Numbered from the stretch's first letter, positions 11,484-21,736 are shown. The stretch is DNA of 64,000 nt from an uncultured Alphaproteobacteria bacterium (GCA_963763485.1 CAVXOW010000008.1:121464-185463); one strand, 5' to 3'. Notes: generated from the letters alone by a model not told the origin. Numbers and translations are program-made.

Positions 11484-12362
11484 ATGAAGCGCGTCAGGAG
11501 GAAGGTTGCGACCGACCGCAAGTTCGTCGTCGCACTTTCGAGGGGCCTCGATGTTTTGCGCGCGTTTCACCCGCGCGACGGCCTGCTCGGCAACCAGGAA
11601 ATCGCCGCACGCACCAACCTGCCGAAGCCGACGGTGTCGCGGCTGACCTACACGCTGACCAAGCTCGGCTATCTCACCCAGGTGGCGCGCTTCGAAAAAT
11701 ATCAGCTGGCGCCGCCGGCGATGGCGATCGGCTACGCCGCGCTGGCCAATCTCGGCATCCGCGATCTCGCCGAGCCCTTCATGCGCACGCTTGCGCAGGA
11801 CGCAGGCGCTGATGTCGCGATTGGCGCACGTGATCGCCTCAGCATGATCTACTTTGCCCAATCCCGCGGCAGTTCGGCGATCCGCACCGCACTCGACACC
11901 GGCGTGCGTATACCCGTTGCCACCACGGCGATGGGACGTGCCTATCTTTTCACAGTGTCGGACCACGAGCGCGCGGAACTGCTCGACCGGATCAGGGATC
12001 GCGCCGGCCAGGACTGGCTCAAGATCAAGGCCGGGATCGACCGCGCCGGCGAGGCGATGGCCAAGCATGGCTTCGTCATCTCGGCCGGCGAATGGATCGA
12101 GGACATTTACGCGGTCGGCGTCGGACTGCGTATGAACGACGGTACGGGACCCTACGCATTCAATTGCGGGGCGCCGGCCTTTAAATTTACCGAAGATCGG
12201 CTAAAGAGCGACATTGGACCGCGTCTGGTGGCGATGGTAAGGGATATTGAGGGTGTGCTAAACGGCACCTCAATCCTGGCACCAAAGCCAGCAAGAACAA
12301 GAAGATCGAGTTCAGGAGGAGGACAAGTTGCACGTGAGATCGAGGGATCTCGCCGGGCTTAG
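11484..12362 (+). CDS. IclR family transcriptional regulator
   Basis: 292-aa ORF divergent from the beta-oxidation operon. It has the IclR HTH (LGNQEIAARTNLPKPTVSRLTYTLTKLGYL) and an effector domain. Confidence 0.9.
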   Translation: MKRVRRKVATDRKFVVALSRGLDVLRAFHPRDGLLGNQEIAARTNLPKPTVSRLTYTLTKLGYLTQVARFEKYQLAPPAMAIGYAALANLGIRDLAEPFMRTLAQDAGADVAIGARDRLSMIYFAQSRGSSAIRTALDTGVRIPVATTAMGRAYLFTVSDHERAELLDRIRDRAGQDWLKIKAGIDRAGEAMAKHGFVISAGEWIEDIYAVGVGLRMNDGTGPYAFNCGAPAFKFTEDRLKSDIGPRLVAMVRDIEGVLNGTSILAPKPARTRRSSSGGGQVAREIEGSRRA

Positions 12363-12416
12363 TGTGCCTGGCCACCAAGAAAACAAATATTCAACGCCTG
12401 CAACGGGGCGCCACAC

Positions 12417-13211
12417 ATGAACGGAGCCGTAGCAGCGCAGGGGGATGTCCTGCTTTCCGTTCGCGAGGTGAGCGTCGTGTTCGGCGGCATCGTCGCGCTG
12501 AACAATGTCTCGTTTGATCAGCGCCGCGGCCAGATTCTCGGATTGATCGGCCCCAACGGCGCCGGCAAGACGACCTTGTTCAATTGCCTGAGCCGCCTCT
12601 ATCAGCCGAGCCAGGGCGATATCATGATGGAGGGTGAGAGCATTCTCACCCGCCCGGCGCATCGCATCTGCGACATCGGCATCGGCCGCACCTTCCAGAA
12701 CGTCGCACTGTTCCCGCGCATGTCGGTGGCCGACAACATCCGTGTCGGCGCCCATCACCGCACCAGGGGTGACATCATCTCCGATGGCCTGCACCTGCCG
12801 TGGACGCGCCGTCAGGAAGCGGCCATTGACGCCGAGGTCGACGAGATCATGCACTATCTCGACCTCACCGAAGTCGCCGAAACGCTGGTCGGCGGCCTGC
12901 CGTTCGGCACCCAGAAGCGCGTCGAGCTCGGCCGGGCGCTTGCTGCGAAGCCGAAGATCCTGCTGCTCGACGAGCCGGCCGGCGGCCTGAACCACGAGGA
13001 AGTCCACGAGCTCGGCAATCTCATCACCCGCATCCGCGACGAGCGGCACATGACCGTGCTGCTGGTCGAACATCACATGGGGCTCGTGATGTCGATCGCC
13101 AATCACGTCGTTGCGCTGAACTTCGGCCGCAAGCTCGCCGAGGGCACGCCAGCGCAGGTGCAGTCCGACGCCGACGTCATCAAGGCCTATCTCGGGAGCA
13201 AGGACCAATGA
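12417..13211 (+). CDS. ABC transporter ATP-binding protein (LivG-like)
   Basis: Walker A GPNGAGKTT, signature LPFGTQKRVELGRAL, Walker B ILLLDEPAGGL. Confidence 0.9.
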   Translation: MNGAVAAQGDVLLSVREVSVVFGGIVALNNVSFDQRRGQILGLIGPNGAGKTTLFNCLSRLYQPSQGDIMMEGESILTRPAHRICDIGIGRTFQNVALFPRMSVADNIRVGAHHRTRGDIISDGLHLPWTRRQEAAIDAEVDEIMHYLDLTEVAETLVGGLPFGTQKRVELGRALAAKPKILLLDEPAGGLNHEEVHELGNLITRIRDERHMTVLLVEHHMGLVMSIANHVVALNFGRKLAEGTPAQVQSDADVIKAYLGSKDQ

Positions 13212-13921
13212 GCGATTTTCTCACGGTCGCGAACCTGCGCTCCTACTACGGCCAGATCCAGGCGCTGCACGGCATCGACTTCGCGCTGGCTGAAGGCAGC
13301 GTCACCACGCTGCTTGGCGCCAATGGCGCCGGCAAGACCACGACGCTGCGCGCGATCTGCGGCATGGTTCGCTCGACCGGCAAGATCGAGTTCGATGGCC
13401 GTCAGCTGATCGGGCTATCGACCGAGGCCGTCGTCAAGCTCGGCATTGCCCACGTGCCCCAGGGCCGCGGCACGTTCACGCGTATGAATGTCGAGGAGAA
13501 CCTGCAGCTCGGCGCCATCACGCGCCCCGATCGTGGTGCGATCTCCTCCGACATCGAGCGCATGTATTCGATGTTTCCGGTGCTGAAAGAACGCCGGCAG
13601 CAGCAGGCCGGCCTGCTCTCGGGCGGTGAGCAGCAGATGCTCGCGGTCGCCCGCGCGCTGATGCTGCGGCCGCGGCTATTGTTGCTCGACGAGCCGTCGT
13701 TCGGCCTCGCGCCGCTGGTGGTGCGCGAACTGTTCAAGACGCTGACCAAGATCAATCGCGAAGAGAAGACGACGATCCTGGTGGTGGAACAGAACGCGCA
13801 ACTCGCCCTCGAGCTTGCCGATACCGCCTACGTGATCGAGACCGGCCAGATCGTCAAAGCCGGCCCGGCCGCCGACATCGCCAACAACGAAGACATCCGC
13901 AAATCCTATCTCGGATACTAA
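13208..13921 (+). CDS. ABC transporter ATP-binding protein (LivF-like)
   Basis: Walker A GANGAGKTT, LSGGEQQMLAVARAL, LLLLDEPS. The start overlaps the upstream stop. Confidence 0.9.
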   Translation: MSDFLTVANLRSYYGQIQALHGIDFALAEGSVTTLLGANGAGKTTTLRAICGMVRSTGKIEFDGRQLIGLSTEAVVKLGIAHVPQGRGTFTRMNVEENLQLGAITRPDRGAISSDIERMYSMFPVLKERRQQQAGLLSGGEQQMLAVARALMLRPRLLLLDEPSFGLAPLVVRELFKTLTKINREEKTTILVVEQNAQLALELADTAYVIETGQIVKAGPAADIANNEDIRKSYLGY

Positions 13922-13932
13922 GGGACGAGACC

Positions 13933-14811
13933 ATGGAACTCTTTACCAACCAGGTGCTGGCGGGAATTGCCACGGGCGCGATCTACGCCTGCATGGCGCT
14001 TGCCGTCGTCATGATCTACGAGGCGATCGACCACCTGAACTTTGCGCAAGGCGAAATGGCGATGTTCTCGACCTTCATCGCCTGGCAACTCCTGGAATGG
14101 GGTGTGCCGTATTGGGGCGCCTTCGTGGGATCGGTCGTGATCTCCTTCATCGGCGGCATTGCGATCGAGCGCGCGCTGTTCCGGCCGCTCGCCACCTCCT
14201 CGATCCTCGTGCAGATCGCCGGGTTCATCGCGCTGTTCTCGATCATCAACTCGAGCGCCGGCCTGATCTGGGACTTCTCGATCAAGTCATTCCCCTCGCC
14301 GTTCGGCTCGGCGCCATTTCTCGGCAGCCAGCTAATCAGTGATCACCAGGCGGGCATGTTCTTCATCACCCTGATCTTGCTTGGTCTGCTCTACTTCTTC
14401 TTCCGCTTCACCCGGATCGGCCTTGCGATGCGGGCGGCGGCAACATTGCCGGAATCGGCGCGGCTGGTCGGCATCAATGTCGGCTGGATGATCGCACTCG
14501 GCTGGGGCCTGGCCAGCGCCATCGGCGCGGTCGCCGGCATCATGATCGCACCGGTGGTGTTCCTCGAGCCGAACATGATGGCGGGCGTGCTGCTCTACGG
14601 CTTCGTCGGCGCCGTGCTCGGCGGCCTGTCGAGCCCGGCCGGCGCGGTGGCCGGCGGCTTCATGGTCGGCGTGCTGGAGAACCTCGCCGGCACCTACATC
14701 CCGGGCGTTGGCAACGAACTGAAGCTGCCGATCGCGCTCGCGATGATCGTCACCGTCCTCGTCTTCCGACCAACCGGCCTGTTCGGTCGGCCGCAAGTTC
14801 AGCGCGTTTGA
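13933..14811 (+). CDS. branched-chain amino acid-type ABC permease (LivH-like)
   Basis: 292-aa polytopic membrane ORF with the LivH-type start MELFTNQVLAGIATGAIYA. Confidence 0.9.
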   Translation: MELFTNQVLAGIATGAIYACMALAVVMIYEAIDHLNFAQGEMAMFSTFIAWQLLEWGVPYWGAFVGSVVISFIGGIAIERALFRPLATSSILVQIAGFIALFSIINSSAGLIWDFSIKSFPSPFGSAPFLGSQLISDHQAGMFFITLILLGLLYFFFRFTRIGLAMRAAATLPESARLVGINVGWMIALGWGLASAIGAVAGIMIAPVVFLEPNMMAGVLLYGFVGAVLGGLSSPAGAVAGGFMVGVLENLAGTYIPGVGNELKLPIALAMIVTVLVFRPTGLFGRPQVQRV

Positions 14812-14828
14812 GCCAGAGCGAGACTTAA

Positions 14829-15857
14829 ATGAGCACCGTTCAAGACACCGTTCAAAGCCCCGCAGTCGCTGCAGCGCGCGCGGAAACGCGCAAAGCGCTG
14901 AACATCTCGCGTGCAGCGAGCCTGGTGGCACTGGCCCTGATGATTGCGGCGCCGATGTTCGTGCGCAACTTCGTCGTGTTCCAGTTCACGATGATCATCA
15001 TCTACGGCATCGCGATCATGTCGCTGAACATCCTGACCGGCGCGAGCGGCCAGTTCTCGCTCGGCCACAGCGCATTCTTCGCGGTCGGCGCCTACACCAC
15101 CGCGATCCTGATGGAACATGGCGACGTGAACTACATCCTGACGTTGCCGTTCGCCGGCGCCGTCTGCTTCGTCTTCGGCTTCCTGTTCGGGTTGCCGGCG
15201 CTCAGGCTGTCGGGTGTCTACCTCGCGCTCGCCACCTTCTCGCTCGCGATCGCGATGCCACAGCTGTTGAAGCTCGGCACCTTCGAGTACTGGACCGGTG
15301 GCGTGCAGGGCCTTGTCGTTACCAAGCCGGACGCGCCGTTCGGGCTGAAGATCAACCAGGACGTCTGGCTCTACTACGTGACCCTCGGCGTCGCCCTCGT
15401 CATGTACATCCTCTCGGTCAACCTTCTGAACTCGCGCACCGGGCGGGCGATGATGGCGATCCGTGACAACCAGATCGCGGCGTCCTCGATGGGCGTCAAC
15501 CTCGCGCTCTACAAGACGCTGTCGTTCGGCATCTCGGCGGGCATGACCGGTGTCGCCGGAGGCCTCGGCGCCATCGTGGTCGCATTCGTCGCGCCCGACG
15601 GCTACTCGATCACGTTTGCAAACCAGCTGTTCCTCGGCATGGTGATCGGCGGCGTCGGCTGGCTGCCGGGGTCGCTGGCTGGCGGAGCTTTCATCGTGCT
15701 GGTGCCGAACATGGCCGAAAGCATTTCAAAGGGACTGTCCGGCGCGGTGTTCGGCGTCTTCATCATCGCGGTGATCTTCCTGTTCCCGAACGGCGCGCGG
15801 CAAGCCGCCTACCTCGGGGCATACTGGATTCGGCGTCTGATGGGCGGCGGCAAGTAG
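14829..15857 (+). CDS. branched-chain amino acid-type ABC permease (LivM-like)
   Basis: 342-aa polytopic membrane ORF containing LTGASGQFSLGHSAFFAVGAY, typical of LivM. Confidence 0.9.
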   Translation: MSTVQDTVQSPAVAAARAETRKALNISRAASLVALALMIAAPMFVRNFVVFQFTMIIIYGIAIMSLNILTGASGQFSLGHSAFFAVGAYTTAILMEHGDVNYILTLPFAGAVCFVFGFLFGLPALRLSGVYLALATFSLAIAMPQLLKLGTFEYWTGGVQGLVVTKPDAPFGLKINQDVWLYYVTLGVALVMYILSVNLLNSRTGRAMMAIRDNQIAASSMGVNLALYKTLSFGISAGMTGVAGGLGAIVVAFVAPDGYSITFANQLFLGMVIGGVGWLPGSLAGGAFIVLVPNMAESISKGLSGAVFGVFIIAVIFLFPNGARQAAYLGAYWIRRLMGGGK

Positions 15858-15990
15858 CCGCCGCCACGCAGCCGCCGGAGCTTGAAGCAAAGCTAACCAC
15901 AAGAAACGCAACCAGACCGCTAACCGTCCGAGCCAACGGACCAAAGGCGGCACAGCAAAGAGAGGTCCAACAGAACGTCGAGGAGACACC

Positions 15991-17226
15991 ATGAACGCCA
16001 TGCTGAAACGGTCGCATCTTGCGACACTCTCGGCTGCCACGCTCGCACTTGCCCTGACCGGTGGCAGCGCGCTCGCACAGAAGAAATACGATACCGGCGC
16101 GACCGACACCGAAATCAAGATCGGTCATACCATCGCCTATAGCGGCCCCGCGTCGGCCTACGGCGTGATCGGCAAGGCGATCGACGCCTACTTCAACAAG
16201 ATCAATAGCGAAGGCGGCATCAACGGCCGCAAGATCAAGTTCATTTCCTATGACGACGGCTACTCGCCACCGAAGACCGTGGAGCAGATCCGCAAGCTGG
16301 TCGAGGGCGACGAGGTGCTGTTCACGTTCAATACGCTCGGCACGCCGCCGAACAGTGCAATCCAAGGCTACCTGAACAAGAAGGGTGTGCCGCAGCTGTT
16401 CGTCGCGACCGGCGCGACCAAGTGGGGCGATCCGCAACACTTCCCGTGGACGATGGGCTTCCAGCCGACCTACCAGACCGAGGGCCACATCTACGCGAAG
16501 TACATTTTGCAGAACAAGCCTAACGGCAAGATCGCGATCTTCTACCAGAACGACGACTACGGTAAGGACTACGTCAAGGGCCTGAAAGACGGTCTCGGCG
16601 CCAAGGCCGCATCGATGATCGTCGCCGAAGAAAGCTACGAAGTGTCCGAGCCGAGCATCGACTCCCACATCGTCAAGCTGAAATCGACCGGCGCCGATAT
16701 CTTCTACGATGTTACCACGCCGAAGTTTGCCGCCCAGGCCATCAAGAAGATCCATGAGCTCGAGTGGCAGCCGCTGCATATCCTGAACAACGTTGCCGCG
16801 TCGGTCGGCGCGACGATGAAGCCGGCCGGGTTTGATAATTCACAGGGCATCATCTCCTCGGCCTACCTGATGGATCCGACTGATCCGCAGTGGAAGGACA
16901 ACGCAGGCATGAAGGAATGGGTCGCCTTCATGGACAAATGGAATGCGACAGCCGACAAGACCGACGCGGGTAATCTTTATGGCTACACGGTCGTGCGGAC
17001 CCTGGTAAAGGTGCTGCAGCAGTGCGGCGACGACCTGACCCGCGCCAACATCATGAAGCAAGCTGCGAGCCTCAAGGACTTCGAGCCGGGCACGACACTG
17101 CCGGGGATCAAGGTCAACACCTCGCCGACGGACTTCTATCCGATCGAGCAGGAGCAGCTGACACGCTTCAAGGGTGAGACCTGGGAACTGTTCGGCCCGG
17201 TCCTGAGCGGCGACGTCGCCGGCTGA
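15991..17226 (+). CDS. ABC substrate-binding protein, Leu/Ile/Val-binding-like family, paralogue 1 of 6
   Basis: RBS GAGGAG. The signal peptide ends ALA-QKKYDTGATDTEIKIGH. About 410 aa, collinear with the five following genes. Confidence 0.9.
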   Translation: MNAMLKRSHLATLSAATLALALTGGSALAQKKYDTGATDTEIKIGHTIAYSGPASAYGVIGKAIDAYFNKINSEGGINGRKIKFISYDDGYSPPKTVEQIRKLVEGDEVLFTFNTLGTPPNSAIQGYLNKKGVPQLFVATGATKWGDPQHFPWTMGFQPTYQTEGHIYAKYILQNKPNGKIAIFYQNDDYGKDYVKGLKDGLGAKAASMIVAEESYEVSEPSIDSHIVKLKSTGADIFYDVTTPKFAAQAIKKIHELEWQPLHILNNVAASVGATMKPAGFDNSQGIISSAYLMDPTDPQWKDNAGMKEWVAFMDKWNATADKTDAGNLYGYTVVRTLVKVLQQCGDDLTRANIMKQAASLKDFEPGTTLPGIKVNTSPTDFYPIEQEQLTRFKGETWELFGPVLSGDVAG

Positions 17227-17255
17227 TTGTCACAGACACGCCTGTCACGAAGGGA

Positions 17256-17286
17256 CCTCCGCGGCTTTGTCGCGGAGGTTTTTTCT
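17256..17286 (+). terminator. rho-independent terminator-like hairpin after paralogue 1
   Basis: CCTCCGCG-GCTTTGT-CGCGGAGG followed by TTTTTTCT. Confidence 0.6.
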
Positions 17287-17342
17287 GCGCTGCAAATTCG
17301 CTCGCAGTCACGGTCTTTTTTGGATCGCAGCGTCTCGCCTGC

Positions 17343-17371
17343 TTTACAGCGGACATCGGCGGTAGTTTAGT
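17343..17371 (+). promoter_or_regulatory. candidate sigma-70-type promoter for paralogue 2 (TTTACA-N17-TTTAGT)
   Basis: A CTTTACAG block is conserved upstream of paralogues 2, 4 and 5. It lies 74 nt before the ATG at 17445. Confidence 0.3.
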
Positions 17372-17444
17372 ACGCATCACAATGTAACGCGAAGAGGATT
17401 GCGCAAAATCCCTGCAACCCGCCACGGCCAGAGGGAGATTGCCC

Positions 17445-18680
17445 ATGCAACGCAAGTCCATTTCACCTGCTGCTGCCTTCCTGACGACAGCACTTCTTGG
17501 TGTCGCGCTCGCGACGACAGCCGCGAACGCGCAGAAAAAATACGACACCGGTGCAAGCGATACCGAGATCAAGATCGGCAACCTGATGCCGTATAGCGGG
17601 CCGGCGTCGCCCTACAGCGTGATCGGCAAGTTCGAGGCGGCCTACTTCAACAAAGTCAATTCCGACGGCGGCATCAACGGCCGCAAGATCAACTTCATCA
17701 CCTATGACGACGCCTACTCGCCGCCAAAGTCGGTTGAGCAAGCGCGCAAGCTGGTGGAAGGCGACGAGGTCCTGCTCATCTTCAACTCGCTCGGCACCCC
17801 GCCGAACTCCGCGATCCAGAGCTTCATGAACAAGAAGGGCGTGCCGCAGCTGTTTGTCGCGACCGGCGCAACCAAGTGGGGCGATCCCGAGCACTTCCCG
17901 TGGACGATGGGCTGGCAGCCTTCCTATCAATCCGAAGCGCGCATCTACGCGAAGTATCTCCTGAAGGAACGGCCGGGCGCCAAGATCGCGGTCCTCTACC
18001 AGAATGACGACTACGGCAAGGATTACCTGAAAGGATTGCAGGACGGCCTTGGCGCCAAGGCGGCCTCGATGATCGTTGCCGAGGAGAGCTACGAGGTCTC
18101 CGAACCCACGATCGACTCCCACATCGTCAAGCTCAGGGCGACCGGCGCGGATGTCTTTTTCGATGCCACCGGTGCCAAGTTCGCGGCTCAGTCGATCAAG
18201 AAGATGGCCGAGATCAACTGGAAGCCGCTGCATATTCTGAACAGCGTTTCGACCTCGATCGGCGCCGTGATCAAGCCGGCCGGTCTTGACGCCGCGCAGG
18301 GCATCATTTCGGCGTCCTATGTGATGGACGCGACCGACCCGCAGTGGAAGGACAACCCCGGCATGAAGGAGTGGGTCGCCTTCATGGACAAGTACTATCC
18401 GAGCGGCGACAAGGCCGACTCGTTCAACGTCTATGCCTACAATGTGGCGCGGACGCTGGTGCAGGTGCTGAAGCAGTGCGGCGACAATCTCACTCGCGAG
18501 AATGTCATGAAGCAGGCTGCGAACCTGAAGGAGTTCGAGCCGGGCACGCTATTGCCGGGCATCAAGCTCAATACGTCGCCGACCGACTTCTATCCGATCG
18601 AGCAGCTGCAACTGATGAAATTCCAGGGGGAGACCTGGACGCTGTTCGGCCCCGTGATCAGCGGCGAGATCGGCGGCTGA
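17445..18680 (+). CDS. ABC substrate-binding protein, paralogue 2 of 6
   Basis: The ORF 17439..18680 is trimmed to the ATG at 17445, after GAGGGAG. The signal peptide ends ANA-QKKYDTGASDTEIKIGN. Confidence 0.9.
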   Translation: MQRKSISPAAAFLTTALLGVALATTAANAQKKYDTGASDTEIKIGNLMPYSGPASPYSVIGKFEAAYFNKVNSDGGINGRKINFITYDDAYSPPKSVEQARKLVEGDEVLLIFNSLGTPPNSAIQSFMNKKGVPQLFVATGATKWGDPEHFPWTMGWQPSYQSEARIYAKYLLKERPGAKIAVLYQNDDYGKDYLKGLQDGLGAKAASMIVAEESYEVSEPTIDSHIVKLRATGADVFFDATGAKFAAQSIKKMAEINWKPLHILNSVSTSIGAVIKPAGLDAAQGIISASYVMDATDPQWKDNPGMKEWVAFMDKYYPSGDKADSFNVYAYNVARTLVQVLKQCGDNLTRENVMKQAANLKEFEPGTLLPGIKLNTSPTDFYPIEQLQLMKFQGETWTLFGPVISGEIGG

Positions 18681-18706
18681 CTTTCATAGCCAAACTGTAG
18701 CGATTG

Positions 18707-18740
18707 AAATCTCCGCGATCTCGTCGCGGAGATTTTCTTT
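18707..18740 (+). terminator. rho-independent terminator-like hairpin after paralogue 2
   Basis: AAATCTCCGCGA-TCTCG-TCGCGGAGATTT followed by a T-rich tail. It has the same CTCCGCG..CGCGGAG core as the hairpins after paralogues 1 and 3. Confidence 0.6.
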
Positions 18741-18988
18741 CGCACGTCGGCAGCCAGGAGCCGCTTGGGTCAACCTTGTTGTCTTTACGGCCGGCCGAGC
18801 CGGTAGTTCAGCGCGCGGCACTGGAACGCAGCCCTCTCGCATCGGCGCAGAGCTGTGCCCGGACGTCCTGACGCGCATGTTTCTACTGGTACAGCCGGAG
18901 TCGACGACTCCGGACCATGCGCTCACAACATGAAGAGGTTCGCAAAGAATCCCCTGAAACCCCACAACGGCCACAGGGAGAATTCGGA

Positions 18989-20221
18989 ATGCGCAATGAC
19001 CTTCATCTGCGATCGACGATGCTTTCGGCGGCGCTCCTGGGCATCGCGCTGGTCGCGACACCGGCCAGTGCCCAGAAAAAATACGACACCGGCGCGACCG
19101 ACACCGAAATCAAGATCGGCAACACCATCGCCTACAGCGGACCGGCGTCCAGTTACGGCGTGATCGCCAAGGCGGAAGCCGCTTATTTCAACAAGATCAA
19201 CGCCGAAGGCGGCATCAACGGCCGCAGGATCAACTTCATCTCCTATGACGACGCCTACTCTCCGCCAAAGACGGTGGAGCAGATCCGCAAGCTGGTAGAA
19301 GGCGATGAGGTGCTGTTCACGTTCAACACGCTCGGCACGCCCCCCAACACGGCGATCCAGGGCTACATGAACAAGAAGGGCGTGCCGCAGCTGTTCGTCG
19401 GCACCGGCGCTACCAAGTGGGGCGATCCCGAGCACTTCCCCTGGACCATGGGCTGGCAGCCGACCTACCAGGCCGAAGGGCGTATCTACGCGAAATACAT
19501 CCTGCAGAACGTGCAGAATCCAAAGATCGCAATCATGTACCAGAACGACGACTACGGTAAGGACTACGTCAAGGGCCTCAAGGACGGCCTGGGCGACAAT
19601 GCCAAGTCGTTGATCGTCGCGGAGGAACTCTACGAGACTTCAGAGCCGACCATCGACAGCCACATCGTCAAGCTGCAGGCATCGGGCGCCAACGTGTTCT
19701 TCGATGTCTCCATCGCCAAGTTCTCGGCGCAGGCGATCAAGAAGGTCCACGAGCTCGGCTGGAAGCCGCTGCATATCCTGAATGGTGTCTCGACCTCGAT
19801 CGGCGCGGTGATGAAGCCGGCCGGCCTCGACGCCTCGCAAGGTGTCGTCTCGTCCGCGTATCTGATGGATCCAACCGACCCGCAGTGGAAGGACAACGCA
19901 GGCATGAAGGAGTGGGGCGCCTTCATGGACAAGTGGAATCCCAGCGCCGACAAGACCGACGCTTTCAACGTCTATGGCTACAACCTGGCACGGACGATGG
20001 TGCAGGTCTTGAAGCAATGCGGTGACAACCTGACCCGCGCCAACGTCATGAAGCAGGCGGCGAACTTGAAAAACTTCGATTCGGGGACGCTGCTGCCAGG
20101 CATCAAGGTCAACACCGGCCCGACCGACTTCTATCCGATCGAGCAGGAGCAGTTGATGAAGTTCGAAGGTGAGACCTGGAAGCTGTTCGGACCGGTGCTC
20201 AGCGGCGAAGCCTCCGGCTGA
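18989..20221 (+). CDS. ABC substrate-binding protein, paralogue 3 of 6
   Basis: The ORF 18917..20221 is trimmed to the ATG at 18989, after AGGGAG. The signal peptide ends ASA-QKKYDTGATDTEIKIGN. Confidence 0.9.
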   Translation: MRNDLHLRSTMLSAALLGIALVATPASAQKKYDTGATDTEIKIGNTIAYSGPASSYGVIAKAEAAYFNKINAEGGINGRRINFISYDDAYSPPKTVEQIRKLVEGDEVLFTFNTLGTPPNTAIQGYMNKKGVPQLFVGTGATKWGDPEHFPWTMGWQPTYQAEGRIYAKYILQNVQNPKIAIMYQNDDYGKDYVKGLKDGLGDNAKSLIVAEELYETSEPTIDSHIVKLQASGANVFFDVSIAKFSAQAIKKVHELGWKPLHILNGVSTSIGAVMKPAGLDASQGVVSSAYLMDPTDPQWKDNAGMKEWGAFMDKWNPSADKTDAFNVYGYNLARTMVQVLKQCGDNLTRANVMKQAANLKNFDSGTLLPGIKVNTGPTDFYPIEQEQLMKFEGETWKLFGPVLSGEASG

Positions 20222-20253
20222 TCGCCTCCCGGACATTCCCTGCAGCACTGCAT

Positions 20254-20282
20254 GAACCTCCGCGATGCCCTCGCGGAGGTTC
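20254..20282 (+). terminator. hairpin after paralogue 3 (no clear T-tract)
   Basis: GAACCTCCGCGA-TGCCC-TCGCGGAGGTTC. Confidence 0.4.
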
Positions 20283-20341
20283 ATCCTTGCGCTGCGGCTA
20301 AGGACGACGGCGCTGCAACATTTCGGTCAGCCTTGCTGGCC

Positions 20342-20370
20342 TTTACAGGCGACAAGAACCGGTCATTCAA
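20342..20370 (+). promoter_or_regulatory. candidate promoter for paralogue 4 (TTTACA-N17-ATTCAA)
   Basis: Same CTTTACAG block and the same 74-nt distance to the ATG (20444) as for paralogue 2. Confidence 0.3.
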
Positions 20371-20443
20371 TGCGCGCGCAACAACATCAAGAGGTTCGCG
20401 AAGAATCCCCGACAGTGACCACGGCCACCAAGGGAGCAACGAA

Positions 20444-21673
20444 ATGCGAAGCAAGTTTCAACTGTCTGCGAATGTCCTTGTCACGGCGCTCGGCGTTGCG
20501 CTGCTGGCAAGCCCGGCGAGCGCCCAGAAGAAATACGACACCGGCGCCACCGACACCGAGATCAAGGTCGGCAACACGATGCCCTACAGCGGACCGGCGT
20601 CCGCCTATGGCCCGATCGGCAAGGTCGAAGCCGCCTACTTCAACAAGATCAATGCCGAGGGCGGCATCAACGGCCGCAAGATCAACTTCATCACCTATGA
20701 TGATGCTTACAGCCCGCCAAAGGCGGTCGAGCAGGTGCGCAAGCTGGTCGAGGGCGACGAAGTACTCCTCTTGTTCAACACGCTCGGCACACCCTCCAAC
20801 ACGGCAATCCAGCCCTATTTGAACAAGAAGGCTGTGCCGCAGCTGTTCGTCGCGACCGGCGCCACCAAGTGGGGCGATCCGCAGCACTTCCCGTGGACGA
20901 TGGGCTGGGCCCCGACCTACCAGTCGGAAGCACGCATCTATGCGAAATACCTGCTCGAGAACAAGCCGGATGCCAAGATCGCGATCATGTATCAGAACGA
21001 CGACTACGGCAAAGACTACCTGAAGGGATTCAAAGATGGCCTCGGCGACAAGGCCGCCAAGATGATCATCGCCGAAGAGAGCTATGAAGTTGCAGAACCG
21101 ACTATCGACGGCCACGTCGTCAGGTTGCAGTCATCCGGCGCCAACGTGTTCTTCAACGTCGCGACACCCAAATTTGCAGCGCAGGCGATCAAGAAGGTGG
21201 CCGAGCTCGGCTGGAAGCCGCTGCACATCATGAACAGCGTCGCCGGTTCGATCGGAGGAACCCTACGACCTGCCGGGCTCGACATCAGCAAGGATATCAT
21301 CTCGGCAACCTACGGCATGGACTCGACCGATCCTCAATGGAAGGACAATCCGGCCATGAAGGAATGGGTCGCCTTCATGGACAAGTGGAATCCGAGCGCC
21401 GACAAGACCGACGCCACCAACTCCTATGGCTATAACGTCGCGCGCACGCTGGTGCAGGTGCTCAAGCAATGCGGCGATAATCTCACCCGCGAGAACATCA
21501 TGAAGCAGGCGGCGAACCTGCATGATTTCGAGCCGGGCACGTTGCTGCCGGGTATCAAGATCAACACCTCGCCGACGGACTTCTATCCGATCGAGCAACT
21601 GCAACTGCAGCGGTTCAATGGGCAGACCTGGGAGCGGTTCGGGCCTATCATGAGCGGCGAAATTTCCGGCTGA
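20444..21673 (+). CDS. ABC substrate-binding protein, paralogue 4 of 6
   Basis: The ORF 20252..21673 is trimmed to the ATG at 20444, after AAGGGAG. The signal peptide ends ASA-QKKYDTGATDTEIKVGN. Confidence 0.9.
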   Translation: MRSKFQLSANVLVTALGVALLASPASAQKKYDTGATDTEIKVGNTMPYSGPASAYGPIGKVEAAYFNKINAEGGINGRKINFITYDDAYSPPKAVEQVRKLVEGDEVLLLFNTLGTPSNTAIQPYLNKKAVPQLFVATGATKWGDPQHFPWTMGWAPTYQSEARIYAKYLLENKPDAKIAIMYQNDDYGKDYLKGFKDGLGDKAAKMIIAEESYEVAEPTIDGHVVRLQSSGANVFFNVATPKFAAQAIKKVAELGWKPLHIMNSVAGSIGGTLRPAGLDISKDIISATYGMDSTDPQWKDNPAMKEWVAFMDKWNPSADKTDATNSYGYNVARTLVQVLKQCGDNLTRENIMKQAANLHDFEPGTLLPGIKINTSPTDFYPIEQLQLQRFNGQTWERFGPIMSGEISG

Positions 21674-21706
21674 TTTGCCGGGACGATCAGGACCTCGACG
21701 AACCTT

Positions 21707-21736
21707 ACCGCGGCCTCCGGGCCGCGGGCTTTTTCG
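21707..21736 (+). terminator. rho-independent terminator-like hairpin after paralogue 4
   Basis: ACCGCGGCC-TCCG-GGCCGCGGG followed by CTTTTTC. Confidence 0.55.
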
